IMG/VR virus record: IMGVR_UViG_3300010412_000002
Location: 1 to 64,000 of that record
Source of the DNA: a virus
Direction: 5' to 3' (one strand)
DNA length: 64,000 bases
Position numbers and translations under genes: made by a program. Numbering within the stretch: the stretch's first letter is position 1; the number at the start of each line of letters is the position of its first letter. The notes beneath the pieces are model-generated. The model ran no database searches and was not told the DNA's origin. It worked only from the letters and a program-made list of their open reading frames with translations. Shown piece after piece: positions 9,901-19,565 of the stretch.

Positions 9901-10701
9901 TCATTCTCGAAAAGACTCGCTCTGACAAACTGCACATTTCGTATTAGGCCTAGATACTTTATTGTATGGCAACTTAGCAGCTTTACTGTTTTGACAGCCA
10001 GCTCCCTGACAATCATAACGACAATCTGGGGAGCAAAATTCGCATCTTCCATATTCATCGCATTTATGGGTTTCCAAGAAACACGATGTACATTTGAAAT
10101 TAGCGACTCGATCTACACATGTAGGGCATATACCAGTAATTGTTACACCAACTGGATCTAAATGATACGGATCTTGACATCCTTTACAGATAGTAAAGTC
10201 TGAATGCTCCCCTCCCGCTTGGCAGGTAGAACAGCGACCATACATATCTATCATATCTCCAGACTGCAGTAGGTGTTTACAACTAGTACATACTTTATGA
10301 ACTAAATCGTGATGGCATTCTTCACAGAAGCTAGACGTCTTAGCCTGTTCGGGGCTTAGGGTATTTTCACACCCAGGCACAAAACACATTTGTCTAGCAC
10401 CTTCTGAGCATTTCTCACAATAACCATACTGATCTACTGTGGACGCTTTTACAGTGTCATGACACATGTTGCAAGTAGTCATTGATCCAAAATGAGGTTC
10501 TGGACCATATGCATTTGTGAAGTGTGAGAGACAGAGCCATCCAGTTTCCTTATCTGGTCCCCAACTCTCTACAAAAAACAGTTTTTTATGTCCAGTAGTT
10601 CCGCATTCCATACATTCAGTATTGGATCTACAGTTACTACAAGTAGTATCAATGTCTTCGACAAAGTACTGCCTGCAGACTGGACATCTAGGCTTACTCA
10701 T
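9901..10701 (-). CDS. cysteine-rich tandem zinc-ribbon protein
   Basis: About 16 CxxC-type knuckles in 266 aa. Confidence 0.65.
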   Translation of the reverse strand: MSKPRCPVCRQYFVEDIDTTCSNCRSNTECMECGTTGHKKLFFVESWGPDKETGWLCLSHFTNAYGPEPHFGSMTTCNMCHDTVKASTVDQYGYCEKCSEGARQMCFVPGCENTLSPEQAKTSSFCEECHHDLVHKVCTSCKHLLQSGDMIDMYGRCSTCQAGGEHSDFTICKGCQDPYHLDPVGVTITGICPTCVDRVANFKCTSCFLETHKCDEYGRCEFCSPDCRYDCQGAGCQNSKAAKLPYNKVSRPNTKCAVCQSESFRE

Positions 10702-10798
10702 GCCACAAGCTTCGTGTAAGCAGAATTCCGGATTTGCAACATTGACATTAAAGCATGACTGTGGATTAATGCCTTGTGCATGTATGCATTTGGTATTC

Positions 10799-11878
10799 TT
10801 ACTTCGTCCTCCGTGTGGAGAGTGCTCTGTCGAGACCCCCAGATTTCGAAGAACGACGAAAAAAGGCTAGAGTATCGTCTACTAAGGTCCTCCCTGGTCC
10901 TGATTTTCTGTCTTGGTTCTTGCCTCCTTCGAAAGTTTTCCATCGAGAAACAAGATTTGACAAGTTAATACCAATTCGAGATCGAAGTTTAGGGGAAAGA
11001 CCACTAAAGTTCGTTACTATTTCGTCTACGATTTGTTTAACGTTTTGACGATCTTGGTTTGTACCTACTTTCATGATAAGATACCGAATACCATCTGCTG
11101 GATTTTGGGTATACTTTTTAACATCCTGATTATAGGAAGAAACTGCTCCGACAACTGGATTTAAGGACCGATCCAATCGAGCAATTACTGCCGAGATACT
11201 ATCATACAAGCCAAGGATATAGTGCGTAAGCATTGCTCCCAGGCTCGCAAACATTAAATAATCTAAGTGTTCCAGGGGATTAAAGTCGGGTGGATACCCA
11301 TATGCTTGATAAACCAAAGACAAATCTGTGCCAGTAATTGGAGATAGGAATTCAGTAACGGCCCATCGAGCCATCTGAAACTGTCCCAAACCTTGCGCAA
11401 TTGTCAAATAGTTGAGATATGGAATATAATACGCGGCAAAAAATACCCAGAATACTGCTACTAAACGAAAGACCAATAGCATATAATGCCGAGGGTCATT
11501 GGCTTTTTTCTTGTCTAACAAAAAATCAAATGATTGCACAAGTTCGGAAATCTTATGCGCAACCATAATGTTCATTAGTGAGCCACCTAGATTCACTGCA
11601 AAGTGAGTAGTAAATCGAGCAATCGTATTGACTGTCGGTTGTCCTACTGGATGTATACTAGCAGCTAATAAAGCTTCGGCGGCGGAGACCAAGGTAATAA
11701 AGAATAGAACCCACTTTGCGTGCCCTTCAAGAAGAACTTCATTGATGTAATCTCCTGTATTCAACCCACTTTCGTTGATCTTTTTATTCTCGTTATACAA
11801 GAGAAACACAAGAGCTACAACAACTAACAAGGATCCTACAAGTGCAATAGGATCCATAAAAGAAAAGAACTGGTCCAT
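10799..11878 (-). CDS. multi-pass membrane protein
   Basis: Several hydrophobic segments (e.g. IALVGSLLVVVALVFLLY, LLVFRLVAVFWVFFAAYYI) and a soluble basic C-terminus. Confidence 0.65.
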   Translation of the reverse strand: MDQFFSFMDPIALVGSLLVVVALVFLLYNENKKINESGLNTGDYINEVLLEGHAKWVLFFITLVSAAEALLAASIHPVGQPTVNTIARFTTHFAVNLGGSLMNIMVAHKISELVQSFDFLLDKKKANDPRHYMLLVFRLVAVFWVFFAAYYIPYLNYLTIAQGLGQFQMARWAVTEFLSPITGTDLSLVYQAYGYPPDFNPLEHLDYLMFASLGAMLTHYILGLYDSISAVIARLDRSLNPVVGAVSSYNQDVKKYTQNPADGIRYLIMKVGTNQDRQNVKQIVDEIVTNFSGLSPKLRSRIGINLSNLVSRWKTFEGGKNQDRKSGPGRTLVDDTLAFFRRSSKSGGLDRALSTRRTK

Positions 11879-11918
11879 GTCGATTGGATTAAGTGAACAA
11901 TCTCTTTAACAGGGGAAG

Positions 11919-13853
11919 TTAATGGACCCAGTGATCAGTTATCACAGGAGTTGCCTCCATAGGAATGTGCGTACAAAATAATCTGCCTGATTCTTCCATA
12001 CACCATTTTATTTTCTTAGCAACTTCCGGAGCTAAGTTCCTATCACATTCTATTACAATCTCATCATGTACAATGTTGACGATCATGACCTTGTCCCAAA
12101 GATCATTCTCTTGTACATACCTCCTAAAGAGGATTGAAGCGTACTTCGTCATGCTCGCCCCAGTACCTTGAATTGGGTAATTCTGAGCTTCTCTCTCTAT
12201 CTTTCCTAGACTCGAGTAGAATCGGCTCCAAAAATACTTGGGGATTTCGTACCCTCGACTCTTATAGTAGTCGATTAGATCTTTATAATAGATGTACTCG
12301 GTATATTCAGGTGGGTAATAGCGACGTTTGGTAACCGGATCAGTTACGATATAACCATTCTCACGAACGAACAGTTTAACCTTGTTGAAATATGGCTTTA
12401 ATCCAGGAAAAGTTTCAAACCAACGATTTATAAAATCGCGAGCCTCTTCCAACGGGACTCCAAAGTCTTTTGCTAATTTATACTCACTCATACCGTAAGG
12501 AATTCCAAAATTTAGACGTTTTGCATAGAACCTTAGATCAGTATTGACATCTTTGCTCACCTCTACTCCATACATACGGGAGGCGGTGAAGGAATGAGGA
12601 TCACCCCCTTTATTATTAAAAAAGTCAATCATGGCAGGGTCGTTGGCCAAATCGCCCATAATTCTAGTTTCCTGAGCAGCGTAGTCAGTCACTACAAGGA
12701 CGTTACTTTGGCTTGCTGGCACAAAGCACTTTCTGTAATCACTATCCCGCTTTATGTTCTGCAGATTCGGAGAAGTAGAACTCATCCGACCTGTATTTAA
12801 GATTTGATTGTAGTTTGAATGCACCCGCCCAGTGCTAGGGTGGATATTAGACAGGAACTTGCTGCCGTAAGTATTCAAGCTCTTCTGATACTCTTTCATT
12901 GTTAAATACAACTTAACGAATGGAAAGCGCTCTGAGTGTTGCTCGATGTTTGTTCGCTGAACACTGTCTTTGTAAACAGGTTCACTAGATAATTTCGACT
13001 TTTCTTTATCAAGGATTTGAATGGGAATCCCAATTTCCTTAAACAGGGCCCCAACTTGCTTAGAAGAATTCCAATTTATTCCAATATAGTCATCCAATCT
13101 ATTATCTAACAACCATTGATTCAAAATTTTCAAGGCCTCAGCGAGTTTCTCTTCAACTTCTAGTCTAATTTCGTCCCACAATCGCGGGTCTAAATAGAAA
13201 CCATTAGTTTCGATATCGCCTAGTACAAGTGAATACTCGTTCTCAAGCCGGGCACAAGTGGTTTGATCCGTTTCTTGCAAAAGAACTTCTTGTGCGCGAT
13301 TAATCTGTAGCGGTAAAACTACGTCATAAGCCCCATATAGAATATGGGAGGGCGAGAACTCTGAATCATTTAGAGTTGAAAACTCTTTACGAATATCCTT
13401 ACTCAGAGTTTCCTCAAAGAGAGAAAGCTGATTAGAATAGCTGAAAGTTGTATAGCGTTGGGACAGAACTTCTAGAGAGGCTTTTCCTGGTTTTCCGCCG
13501 AGTAAGATGCGTTCCTGAAGAAAACAATCCTTAATATTTTCGAGTCTAATTCCTAGACGAACGAGGAATTCATAATCAAACTTTCCATTTACCATAACTT
13601 TTGTCACCTCTTGGCTCTCCAATATGCCTTTCAAAGGCGATAGATCTTGGTACCTGGCGTCAATGATAAATTGATTAAGTTCATCACCTATCTGCAGCAT
13701 GATTATTGAATCCACTAGAGGGTCAAGACCTGTTGTTTCAGTGTCTAACCCCACAATCTTTGTAGGACTGGAATTTATGTAATCCAAGACCTCGTTTATG
13801 GTCGCCGCGTGGAAATCTCCTACTCTGTACGGCGCAACAAGATGTATTGTCAT
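11919..13853 (-). CDS. polA: DNA polymerase family A (3'-5' exonuclease plus polymerase, no 5' nuclease)
   Basis: ExoI LDTETTGLD; TGRMSSTSPNLQNI; motif A DYAAQETRI; motif B KRLNFGIPYG; motif C VHDEI. Confidence 0.95.
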   Translation of the reverse strand: MTIHLVAPYRVGDFHAATINEVLDYINSSPTKIVGLDTETTGLDPLVDSIIMLQIGDELNQFIIDARYQDLSPLKGILESQEVTKVMVNGKFDYEFLVRLGIRLENIKDCFLQERILLGGKPGKASLEVLSQRYTTFSYSNQLSLFEETLSKDIRKEFSTLNDSEFSPSHILYGAYDVVLPLQINRAQEVLLQETDQTTCARLENEYSLVLGDIETNGFYLDPRLWDEIRLEVEEKLAEALKILNQWLLDNRLDDYIGINWNSSKQVGALFKEIGIPIQILDKEKSKLSSEPVYKDSVQRTNIEQHSERFPFVKLYLTMKEYQKSLNTYGSKFLSNIHPSTGRVHSNYNQILNTGRMSSTSPNLQNIKRDSDYRKCFVPASQSNVLVVTDYAAQETRIMGDLANDPAMIDFFNNKGGDPHSFTASRMYGVEVSKDVNTDLRFYAKRLNFGIPYGMSEYKLAKDFGVPLEEARDFINRWFETFPGLKPYFNKVKLFVRENGYIVTDPVTKRRYYPPEYTEYIYYKDLIDYYKSRGYEIPKYFWSRFYSSLGKIEREAQNYPIQGTGASMTKYASILFRRYVQENDLWDKVMIVNIVHDEIVIECDRNLAPEVAKKIKWCMEESGRLFCTHIPMEATPVITDHWVH

Positions 13854-14335
13854 TGGATGTATACTGTTTTGGCGTAGAAAGTTTTTAATTCTTTCACGCC
13901 CATTTCATTATTTCTGGAGGTTTTTGTACGTACTATCATTGGATATACTTCATTGAAGTAGTGATCTTCATCTAGCATTTTAGACGGTATTCGCATTGTG
14001 TCTAATCCATATCTAAGTAATGGATCATTGTTTACTTCAAAATATATTTCATTTAGTGCAGCCCTTAAGTGCATGTTTCTTTTCTTTACGTGCAGAGCTT
14101 TTACTAATTTATCTACTTGAGACAAATAGAAATATAGATTAAAATGCCAAGTGATACTAGTTCCTTCAATGAAAAAGTCAATCTCAATGATTACGTAGTA
14201 GTAATTAAGATTATATCTTAATGCTTGAATGACATTTTGCATTATAGATATGGTTTTATTTTTGCACGATCTGCGGTAGGAATAGACTTTATTAACTCGT
14301 CCGTTGCTTGCTCGTTTATTAGCATAAAATACCAC
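13850..14335 (-). CDS. hypothetical protein, 'EI-x-x-x-F...TWH' paralog 1
   Basis: IIEIDFFIEGTSITWHFNLY motif shared with the two upstream genes; the real start is probably 14242. Confidence 0.55.
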   Translation of the reverse strand: MVFYANKRASNGRVNKVYSYRRSCKNKTISIMQNVIQALRYNLNYYYVIIEIDFFIEGTSITWHFNLYFYLSQVDKLVKALHVKKRNMHLRAALNEIYFEVNNDPLLRYGLDTMRIPSKMLDEDHYFNEVYPMIVRTKTSRNNEMGVKELKTFYAKTVYIQ

Positions 14336-14637
14336 ATTCGTTTATTTGTCGTCTTTAAGGGAATACCTGTACTAGTCCAGTATCCTTTGAGAATGCACTG
14401 AGAATAGAACTTAGTACTATAAGTAATGTCATATGCATGAATTGCCTGCACAATGACATCATATAGAGGACCTCCTCGTATCTTATAGTACTTAGTTCCA
14501 TTTAGTCCAGTAAAATCTTCCCTGTGAAGGAAGATATGCCAGGTTGGCTTGTCCTCTTCGAAACTAACTTGAATTTCAAGAGTTATACGAAACAATGTTA
14601 CATTCTCTGTATAGACAAAAGCATGTGTTGTTGTCAT
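14242..14637 (-). CDS. hypothetical protein, paralog 2
   Basis: TLEIQVSFEEDKPTWHIFLH. Confidence 0.6.
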   Translation of the reverse strand: MTTTHAFVYTENVTLFRITLEIQVSFEEDKPTWHIFLHREDFTGLNGTKYYKIRGGPLYDVIVQAIHAYDITYSTKFYSQCILKGYWTSTGIPLKTTNKRMWYFMLINEQATDELIKSIPTADRAKIKPYL

Positions 14638-15035
14638 TTTTTCTCTGTTAGTTTCTTTTTAAATGCCTTTTCTTGCGCTTTAGAGAGCTTACAATCGACG
14701 ATTATCTTACTAACAGTGGAATCTCCTAAGAAATCTGTAACTGTCCAGAAATCGCCTAGTAAAGCGTCTTGAGCGTTTTTTAGTGCTTGTATGGATCCAA
14801 ATCTTTCGTAGAGATGAGTTTGCAAGGAACGTAACGTAAATACTAAAGCTGTCTTTCCAGAAACAGATTTTAGTTTACGATAGTAGGTCTCTTCAATTGG
14901 ATCAATGTGAACAAACATGTGCCAGGTTATTTGACCTGACTCATCAAAGTCAACTTGGATCTCAAATGTAAAATCCAGGCTAAGCAATCTATTGCTTTGG
15001 TTGTAGAATCCCTTAACTGCATGAAGTGTAGACAT
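14634..15035 (-). CDS. hypothetical protein, paralog 3
   Basis: TFEIQVDFDESGQITWHMFVH. Confidence 0.6.
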   Translation of the reverse strand: MSTLHAVKGFYNQSNRLLSLDFTFEIQVDFDESGQITWHMFVHIDPIEETYYRKLKSVSGKTALVFTLRSLQTHLYERFGSIQALKNAQDALLGDFWTVTDFLGDSTVSKIIVDCKLSKAQEKAFKKKLTEKK

Positions 15036-15036
15036 G

Positions 15037-15369
15037 TTAAAAGATTTCTTTGCCGTCTACTGTTAGAAACTTATCTAGTAATAGATCTGGTTCAACAGAT
15101 TCAGCACTGTTAGAAGTTGTTGTTAATCCGATTGTATAAAGTTTCCTAATAGGAAATACTTTTCTTTCGGGGTTTATGGTGTCAACAAATTTAGTTACCC
15201 ATTCAAGTTCCCAGTATTCAGTGACGTATGTTTCTTGAATGGTTTCATTTTGTTCATCCAAAATAAAGGGGTAGCCTGTTCTATCCTTACGAATTAACTT
15301 AGCTACCCCTATTGGATCTTCATTATTCTGGTGGTCTTTATAGACTACCACGATTGATCCTTGCTCCAC
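15037..15369 (-). CDS. hypothetical protein
   Basis: 110-aa ORF packed in the operon. Confidence 0.5.
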   Translation of the reverse strand: MEQGSIVVVYKDHQNNEDPIGVAKLIRKDRTGYPFILDEQNETIQETYVTEYWELEWVTKFVDTINPERKVFPIRKLYTIGLTTTSNSAESVEPDLLLDKFLTVDGKEIF

Positions 15370-15374
15370 TTACT

Positions 15375-16067
15375 TTACAATCTTTTTCCCACAAACTGTA
15401 GATGGATGTGGGGACCAGTGGCGAACGGGTTAATTAAAATATTCTCATACCATTCATCTCTCCAAGCAATTAGATACTTAGAAGAATGGTAGCTGTCCTC
15501 AATGTAGAAGTCTAGCTCATACTCCTTAAGCCATTTCTGGCCTTTGTCGGTTCCAACCCAACTTAAGAATTTTTGAGTATCCGAAGAATGAAGGTCAATT
15601 GCGTTTCCACCGAAGTGTTTCGAGAAAGGATTCCCGTGACGAGTGGCACTATTAACTTTAATCATGTCCTCAGGACTATTCTTATCTTCACCATACGCAA
15701 TCAAAGCTGCTAACAGCTCGGTTGAAATTTCGTAATCACGTAGGTATGGTTGAAATTGGAAAGGAGTTTCAGGATATCCTCGCTCTTCCTTATAGAATTG
15801 CTGAAGATCTTTTTTATTCCTTTTATAAGCAACAGCTTTTACATAGGGGTCATCTAAGAATGTTTCCAACTGATGCAACTTTATTTCAGATGCGACTAGT
15901 TGGTTTTCCAGTTCGCAAACTGTAGATTGCATTTCAGTTATCTCCGGGTAATCTAAAACTTTCACCTCTTTCTGAGTACTGGACATCATAATAGAGATTG
16001 TAATTGCCAAGAGAATAGGAACATTTTTATTTATCCATAGGCCAAACTGGCCAAGTTTATTTTTCAT
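15375..16067 (-). CDS. membrane-anchored peptidase M15-like (Hedgehog/DD-peptidase fold) protein
   Basis: N-terminal TM plus coiled coil; SATR..SKHFGGNAIDL...GPHIHL zinc-ligand pattern (H-x6-D...HxH); start reassigned to 16067. Confidence 0.7.
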   Translation of the reverse strand: MKNKLGQFGLWINKNVPILLAITISIMMSSTQKEVKVLDYPEITEMQSTVCELENQLVASEIKLHQLETFLDDPYVKAVAYKRNKKDLQQFYKEERGYPETPFQFQPYLRDYEISTELLAALIAYGEDKNSPEDMIKVNSATRHGNPFSKHFGGNAIDLHSSDTQKFLSWVGTDKGQKWLKEYELDFYIEDSYHSSKYLIAWRDEWYENILINPFATGPHIHLQFVGKRL

Positions 16068-16068
16068 T

Positions 16069-16590
16069 TTATATTGTTTCGGTATTGGGAGCTTCCTCGT
16101 CTTCCAGTTCCTCAGCGCTACTGTATACAATATTCGAAGCATCTGGCACCCAGTATAACATCTTAAGTGCTTTGCTCGTCATGATATATTCAGCAACTTG
16201 CAGCCTTGGATCTAGCGTGCTAGTAGAATTCCCTTCGCTATCTTTATAGTGATCGCGAGGAACAAATTTTTCTACATACACATTACTAGATTTTTCCAAT
16301 CCATCGGGAGTATTCTTATGAAAATAAGGTACATACTCCCCTAACACATTCTTACGGTGTCTCAATTGAGCACTTTTAAAATATGATAGATTCCTATTCC
16401 TATCAGTTGTCCACCGTAGTCCAATACGCGTATACGAAACATTTAATGCCTCGTGCGTTTTCTTTCTACGAAGTACATAGAATTCATTTGCTTCAATAAG
16501 TTCACGAATTCTTGGTTCGATAGTATTAAGAGTTCTGGTTCGGCCAACCTGCTTTACAGCTCCAAAAGGTTTTTGAACGGTTCCTTCCAT
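16069..16590 (-). CDS. hypothetical protein
   Basis: 173-aa ORF directly downstream of a host-type promoter. Confidence 0.55.
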   Translation of the reverse strand: MEGTVQKPFGAVKQVGRTRTLNTIEPRIRELIEANEFYVLRRKKTHEALNVSYTRIGLRWTTDRNRNLSYFKSAQLRHRKNVLGEYVPYFHKNTPDGLEKSSNVYVEKFVPRDHYKDSEGNSTSTLDPRLQVAEYIMTSKALKMLYWVPDASNIVYSSAEELEDEEAPNTETI

Positions 16591-16603
16591 TCAAATTAGT
16601 TTA

Positions 16604-16636
16604 CAAAGTTAAGAAATAATCTCCGAAATATAAAAT
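16604..16636 (-). promoter_or_regulatory. Bacteroidota sigma70-type promoter (-7 element)
   Basis: Minus strand TAACTTTG (TAnnTTTG) at 16611-16604 in an intergenic gap; the -33 element is imperfect. Confidence 0.5.
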
Positions 16637-16637
16637 A

Positions 16638-17504
16638 TTATATGTTCAGAGATTTTAGACTATCATAGAGATTTGGATGCGTAGTTTCCTTCACACTTTT
16701 GATAAAATTATGTGGGTCTGTATCGTTATAATCGAAGACCCATGCGAGGAGGGCATCAACAAATTCTATTTTTGACAATAACTCAGATGATTTTAGAGTA
16801 GAACCAAACTGAGTGAATTGTGTGTACGGTGTGTTTGTATACGTTCTAATTCCTATAATATCTATGTTCATATAGTTATCATAAGCTGAACGTAACAAAT
16901 CAAATTGATCCGTAGCTCTGTCCCTTAGGACATCTTTACTCCAAGTTCGGTAGGTGTCTCCGAGAAGATACCGTATATCAGATCTAGTAGTGCCCCAGTT
17001 GGTGCGCCCAGATAGATACTTAAACACAGAGTTGTTTTCGAACAGCCACCAAGCAAATCGGTTAAGCTGCTCTCCTGTTACTTTATCACGATCCACGGAA
17101 ATATGCATGCCAATTTCGGACATAGGCCCCCAGGGCTCATATCCTTGTAGTTTCAAGGAGGCAAATAACACATCAAAGTGGGGAACAAGTGCTTGTGCTG
17201 CGAGTAGTGACATTGGAGTGAACACTATTTCGTCGTTTTCGCCGTCAGGTTTCATCGGTTCCATTTGGAGAAAGGATGCATTCATCCCATAGGTACTCAA
17301 TGTATTCTGACGCAAGTCGTCGTAAGTAAGTACGTCCTGACGCATTAAATATGCAATACAGGCCATCTTATCGACATCGGGAGCAAAGATATACTCCAAT
17401 TCGATGCCAAAATGTTGCGGATCTGGTAAATCTTGTTCGTGCTCAACAAACTTAGACTGCAACAGGCACTGGTATTTCTTCAGTTCCTTTTTGATCTGGC
17501 TCAT
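16638..17504 (-). CDS. putative amidoligase (COOH-NH2 ligase, Amidoligase_2-like)
   Basis: FGIELEY, DEIVFTPM and IGMHISV motifs. Confidence 0.7.
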   Translation of the reverse strand: MSQIKKELKKYQCLLQSKFVEHEQDLPDPQHFGIELEYIFAPDVDKMACIAYLMRQDVLTYDDLRQNTLSTYGMNASFLQMEPMKPDGENDEIVFTPMSLLAAQALVPHFDVLFASLKLQGYEPWGPMSEIGMHISVDRDKVTGEQLNRFAWWLFENNSVFKYLSGRTNWGTTRSDIRYLLGDTYRTWSKDVLRDRATDQFDLLRSAYDNYMNIDIIGIRTYTNTPYTQFTQFGSTLKSSELLSKIEFVDALLAWVFDYNDTDPHNFIKSVKETTHPNLYDSLKSLNI

Positions 17505-18261
17505 TGAGTAAGAATTTGATTACGGTATTCGCAATAGGCGATCCAATTCGGAAGCCATATCGACGATAAACTGCGGAACCTTGTTTGTTAAAGAAGTCAA
17601 CCGGATTCGATTTAATTCCATACATCTTGGTTCCAATATGTTCAAATGCCACAATTTCTCCTTTGTATTCATCGAATGTAGGAGGTAACGCAGCTTGCTT
17701 GATCTCATTAGAATATTCCCCTCGGCTGAGGGAGGTTTTCCACGCAATGGGAATTACCTGTGAAGGACGCTCAATTAACTTAAAAGTTGGAGACTCAAAG
17801 AAATCTGAGCAATGAAAAGTTTTGGTCCCGCCAAGTTTTGGAGAAACATAGGCTAAAGGACTGGTTTCATAATCGCCGATTAAAAAATCAATCAGAGATT
17901 CTTCTCTAGGAGCTTGCGCTAGCTTACCCCCGAGGGCAACCCATAGCATATCAGCTGCATGGCCGAAAGCTACGATCTTGGTATTGGAATCAATGTACTT
18001 TTGTAACATAGTCTTAAAGAAATCCAACCCAAATAGATCAATATTGATTTCTCCAAGAATTGGTACTCGAGCACTCACAACTTCTTCGTAACCAGTAAAA
18101 ACGTTCATAGGAGGTATGACTAAAACGTCTATATTCTCCACGAAACGCGTCGGGCTGAGTAACTCAAAGTCGTTGGTGTGTTGCATTAGGTAAGCCATCC
18201 ATTTATCTAATCGATTGTCAGATAACAGGCGGTTACCAACGAGAAGGGCTAGTCGTCCCAT
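17452..18261 (-). CDS. class I glutamine amidotransferase-like protein, catalytically degenerate
   Basis: DVLVIPP; KIVAFGHAADMLWVALGGKL aligns with GICRGxQxLNVAxGGxL; YGIKSNP aligns with GVQWHPE; adjacent to the amidoligase. Confidence 0.5.
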   Translation of the reverse strand: MGRLALLVGNRLLSDNRLDKWMAYLMQHTNDFELLSPTRFVENIDVLVIPPMNVFTGYEEVVSARVPILGEINIDLFGLDFFKTMLQKYIDSNTKIVAFGHAADMLWVALGGKLAQAPREESLIDFLIGDYETSPLAYVSPKLGGTKTFHCSDFFESPTFKLIERPSQVIPIAWKTSLSRGEYSNEIKQAALPPTFDEYKGEIVAFEHIGTKMYGIKSNPVDFFNKQGSAVYRRYGFRIGSPIANTVIKFLLNEPDQKGTEEIPVPVAV

Positions 18262-18758
18262 AGCTTGTACATTTTATTCAGAAGGATCGTTTGGTATTTT
18301 TTGTTAACCAACTTTCTAATTCTGGAGTACAGCTCGCGCCGGAGTCCTTCTAAGAAGTAATTGAATTCAAAGGTTAAGTCTACGTGAGTACGTAGAATCG
18401 GCGAATTGACTATAATGTTCTTCAACGTGAATACTTCTTCGTCTAAATCAACTTCCTCAATATCACGCAATATTTCTTGGAACAGTTTTTGTTCCGTTCT
18501 GCTGCTGATGAATTGTTCGCTCTTCCATCTTCTATCCTTGTTGAATTTTCTGTACGTGCTAGGTTTTTCAACCATTACAGGCATAGGTTCTTCAACTTCC
18601 CAATCTTCTTCATCAAAGTAGTCTTCGAGGGTCTTGATATACCCTTCGTATGCGCTTACATCAACCTTTTTAGGGAGTAAAGGGCGCAGTTTTCGATCGG
18701 AAAAGGTAGAAGGAGAAGGTGTCTTAACCCTCTCCCCCCACAGAATTTGTCTCCGCAT
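18249..18758 (-). CDS. hypothetical protein
   Basis: 169-aa ORF, translationally coupled to its neighbours. Confidence 0.5.
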   Translation of the reverse strand: MRRQILWGERVKTPSPSTFSDRKLRPLLPKKVDVSAYEGYIKTLEDYFDEEDWEVEEPMPVMVEKPSTYRKFNKDRRWKSEQFISSRTEQKLFQEILRDIEEVDLDEEVFTLKNIIVNSPILRTHVDLTFEFNYFLEGLRRELYSRIRKLVNKKYQTILLNKMYKLWDD

Positions 18759-19562
18759 TTACTTCGGTCTTGTAATGTTAAGTTTATCGCCCGGTTTGAT
18801 CCAGTTCAGATCTCTGCTCCTGTTAAGAGACTTGAGTTCTCCTGGCTTCATACCGAACCGTTTGCGGATGTCTGAAGCAGTGTCTCCGGACTGTACTTCA
18901 TACACGTCTTTAACACGTACCTCGTTACTGGAATTTCCACAGCTAGTACCGTCGGTTAGGCCTAATTCCTTTGCAACTGCTTCGTTCAAGGCATAATTAG
19001 TTCCCATCCAAGAGATGGCTACGATGCGATCACCTTGTTTGGTGACTTGAGGATTGGATACCTCATACATTTCATCGTGCACCTGGATTTGGGACACTTG
19101 TCCATTGACCACCAACGCAATTGTTGATTCGCCTTTTTGGATCATGCCATTTTTCACAATGCAGTTGAACAGAATTACCGACCCACCTTGTGGAACCGAA
19201 ATTTCGGATTGCTGCGGTGGCGCTGGATGCGTCTGCGAGGTTACCGGGGTAGGCGTACTCGTCGGAGCTTGCTGTACAGCAGGTTGCGCAGGCTGTGACA
19301 CGACTTGCGTCGTTGAATCAGCTACTAAACCTTGCGGCGGCTGCACCGGGGCTCTGCTTCGTCCACACCAGGAAAAGACGGTGATGAACAACAGCAAGAG
19401 CACAACTCCTATTACACCGATACGTATCCAGGATTTCCATGACGCTTTTCCTGCGTCATCATTGGGATCATCATTGTTATCAGAAGAATCATCATCGGCA
19501 TAGCCGTCATCATCTTCTTCTAACAAGTCATCCGGTGGACTCGGAAGCTTGGGTTCTCCCAT
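18759..19562 (-). CDS. membrane-anchored LysM-domain protein
   Basis: Acidic N-terminus, TM helix, P/Q/T-rich linker, C-terminal YEVQSGDTASDIRKRFG...LN...IKPGDKLNI LysM domain. Confidence 0.85.
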   Translation of the reverse strand: MGEPKLPSPPDDLLEEDDDGYADDDSSDNNDDPNDDAGKASWKSWIRIGVIGVVLLLLFITVFSWCGRSRAPVQPPQGLVADSTTQVVSQPAQPAVQQAPTSTPTPVTSQTHPAPPQQSEISVPQGGSVILFNCIVKNGMIQKGESTIALVVNGQVSQIQVHDEMYEVSNPQVTKQGDRIVAISWMGTNYALNEAVAKELGLTDGTSCGNSSNEVRVKDVYEVQSGDTASDIRKRFGMKPGELKSLNRSRDLNWIKPGDKLNITRPK

Positions 19563-19565
19563 AGG

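Noticed and set aside
9901-10701. Multiheme cytochrome c (CNMCH, CEECH)
   Set aside because: Only 2 of about 16 knuckles are CxxCH and there is no signal peptide; zinc ribbons are more parsimonious.
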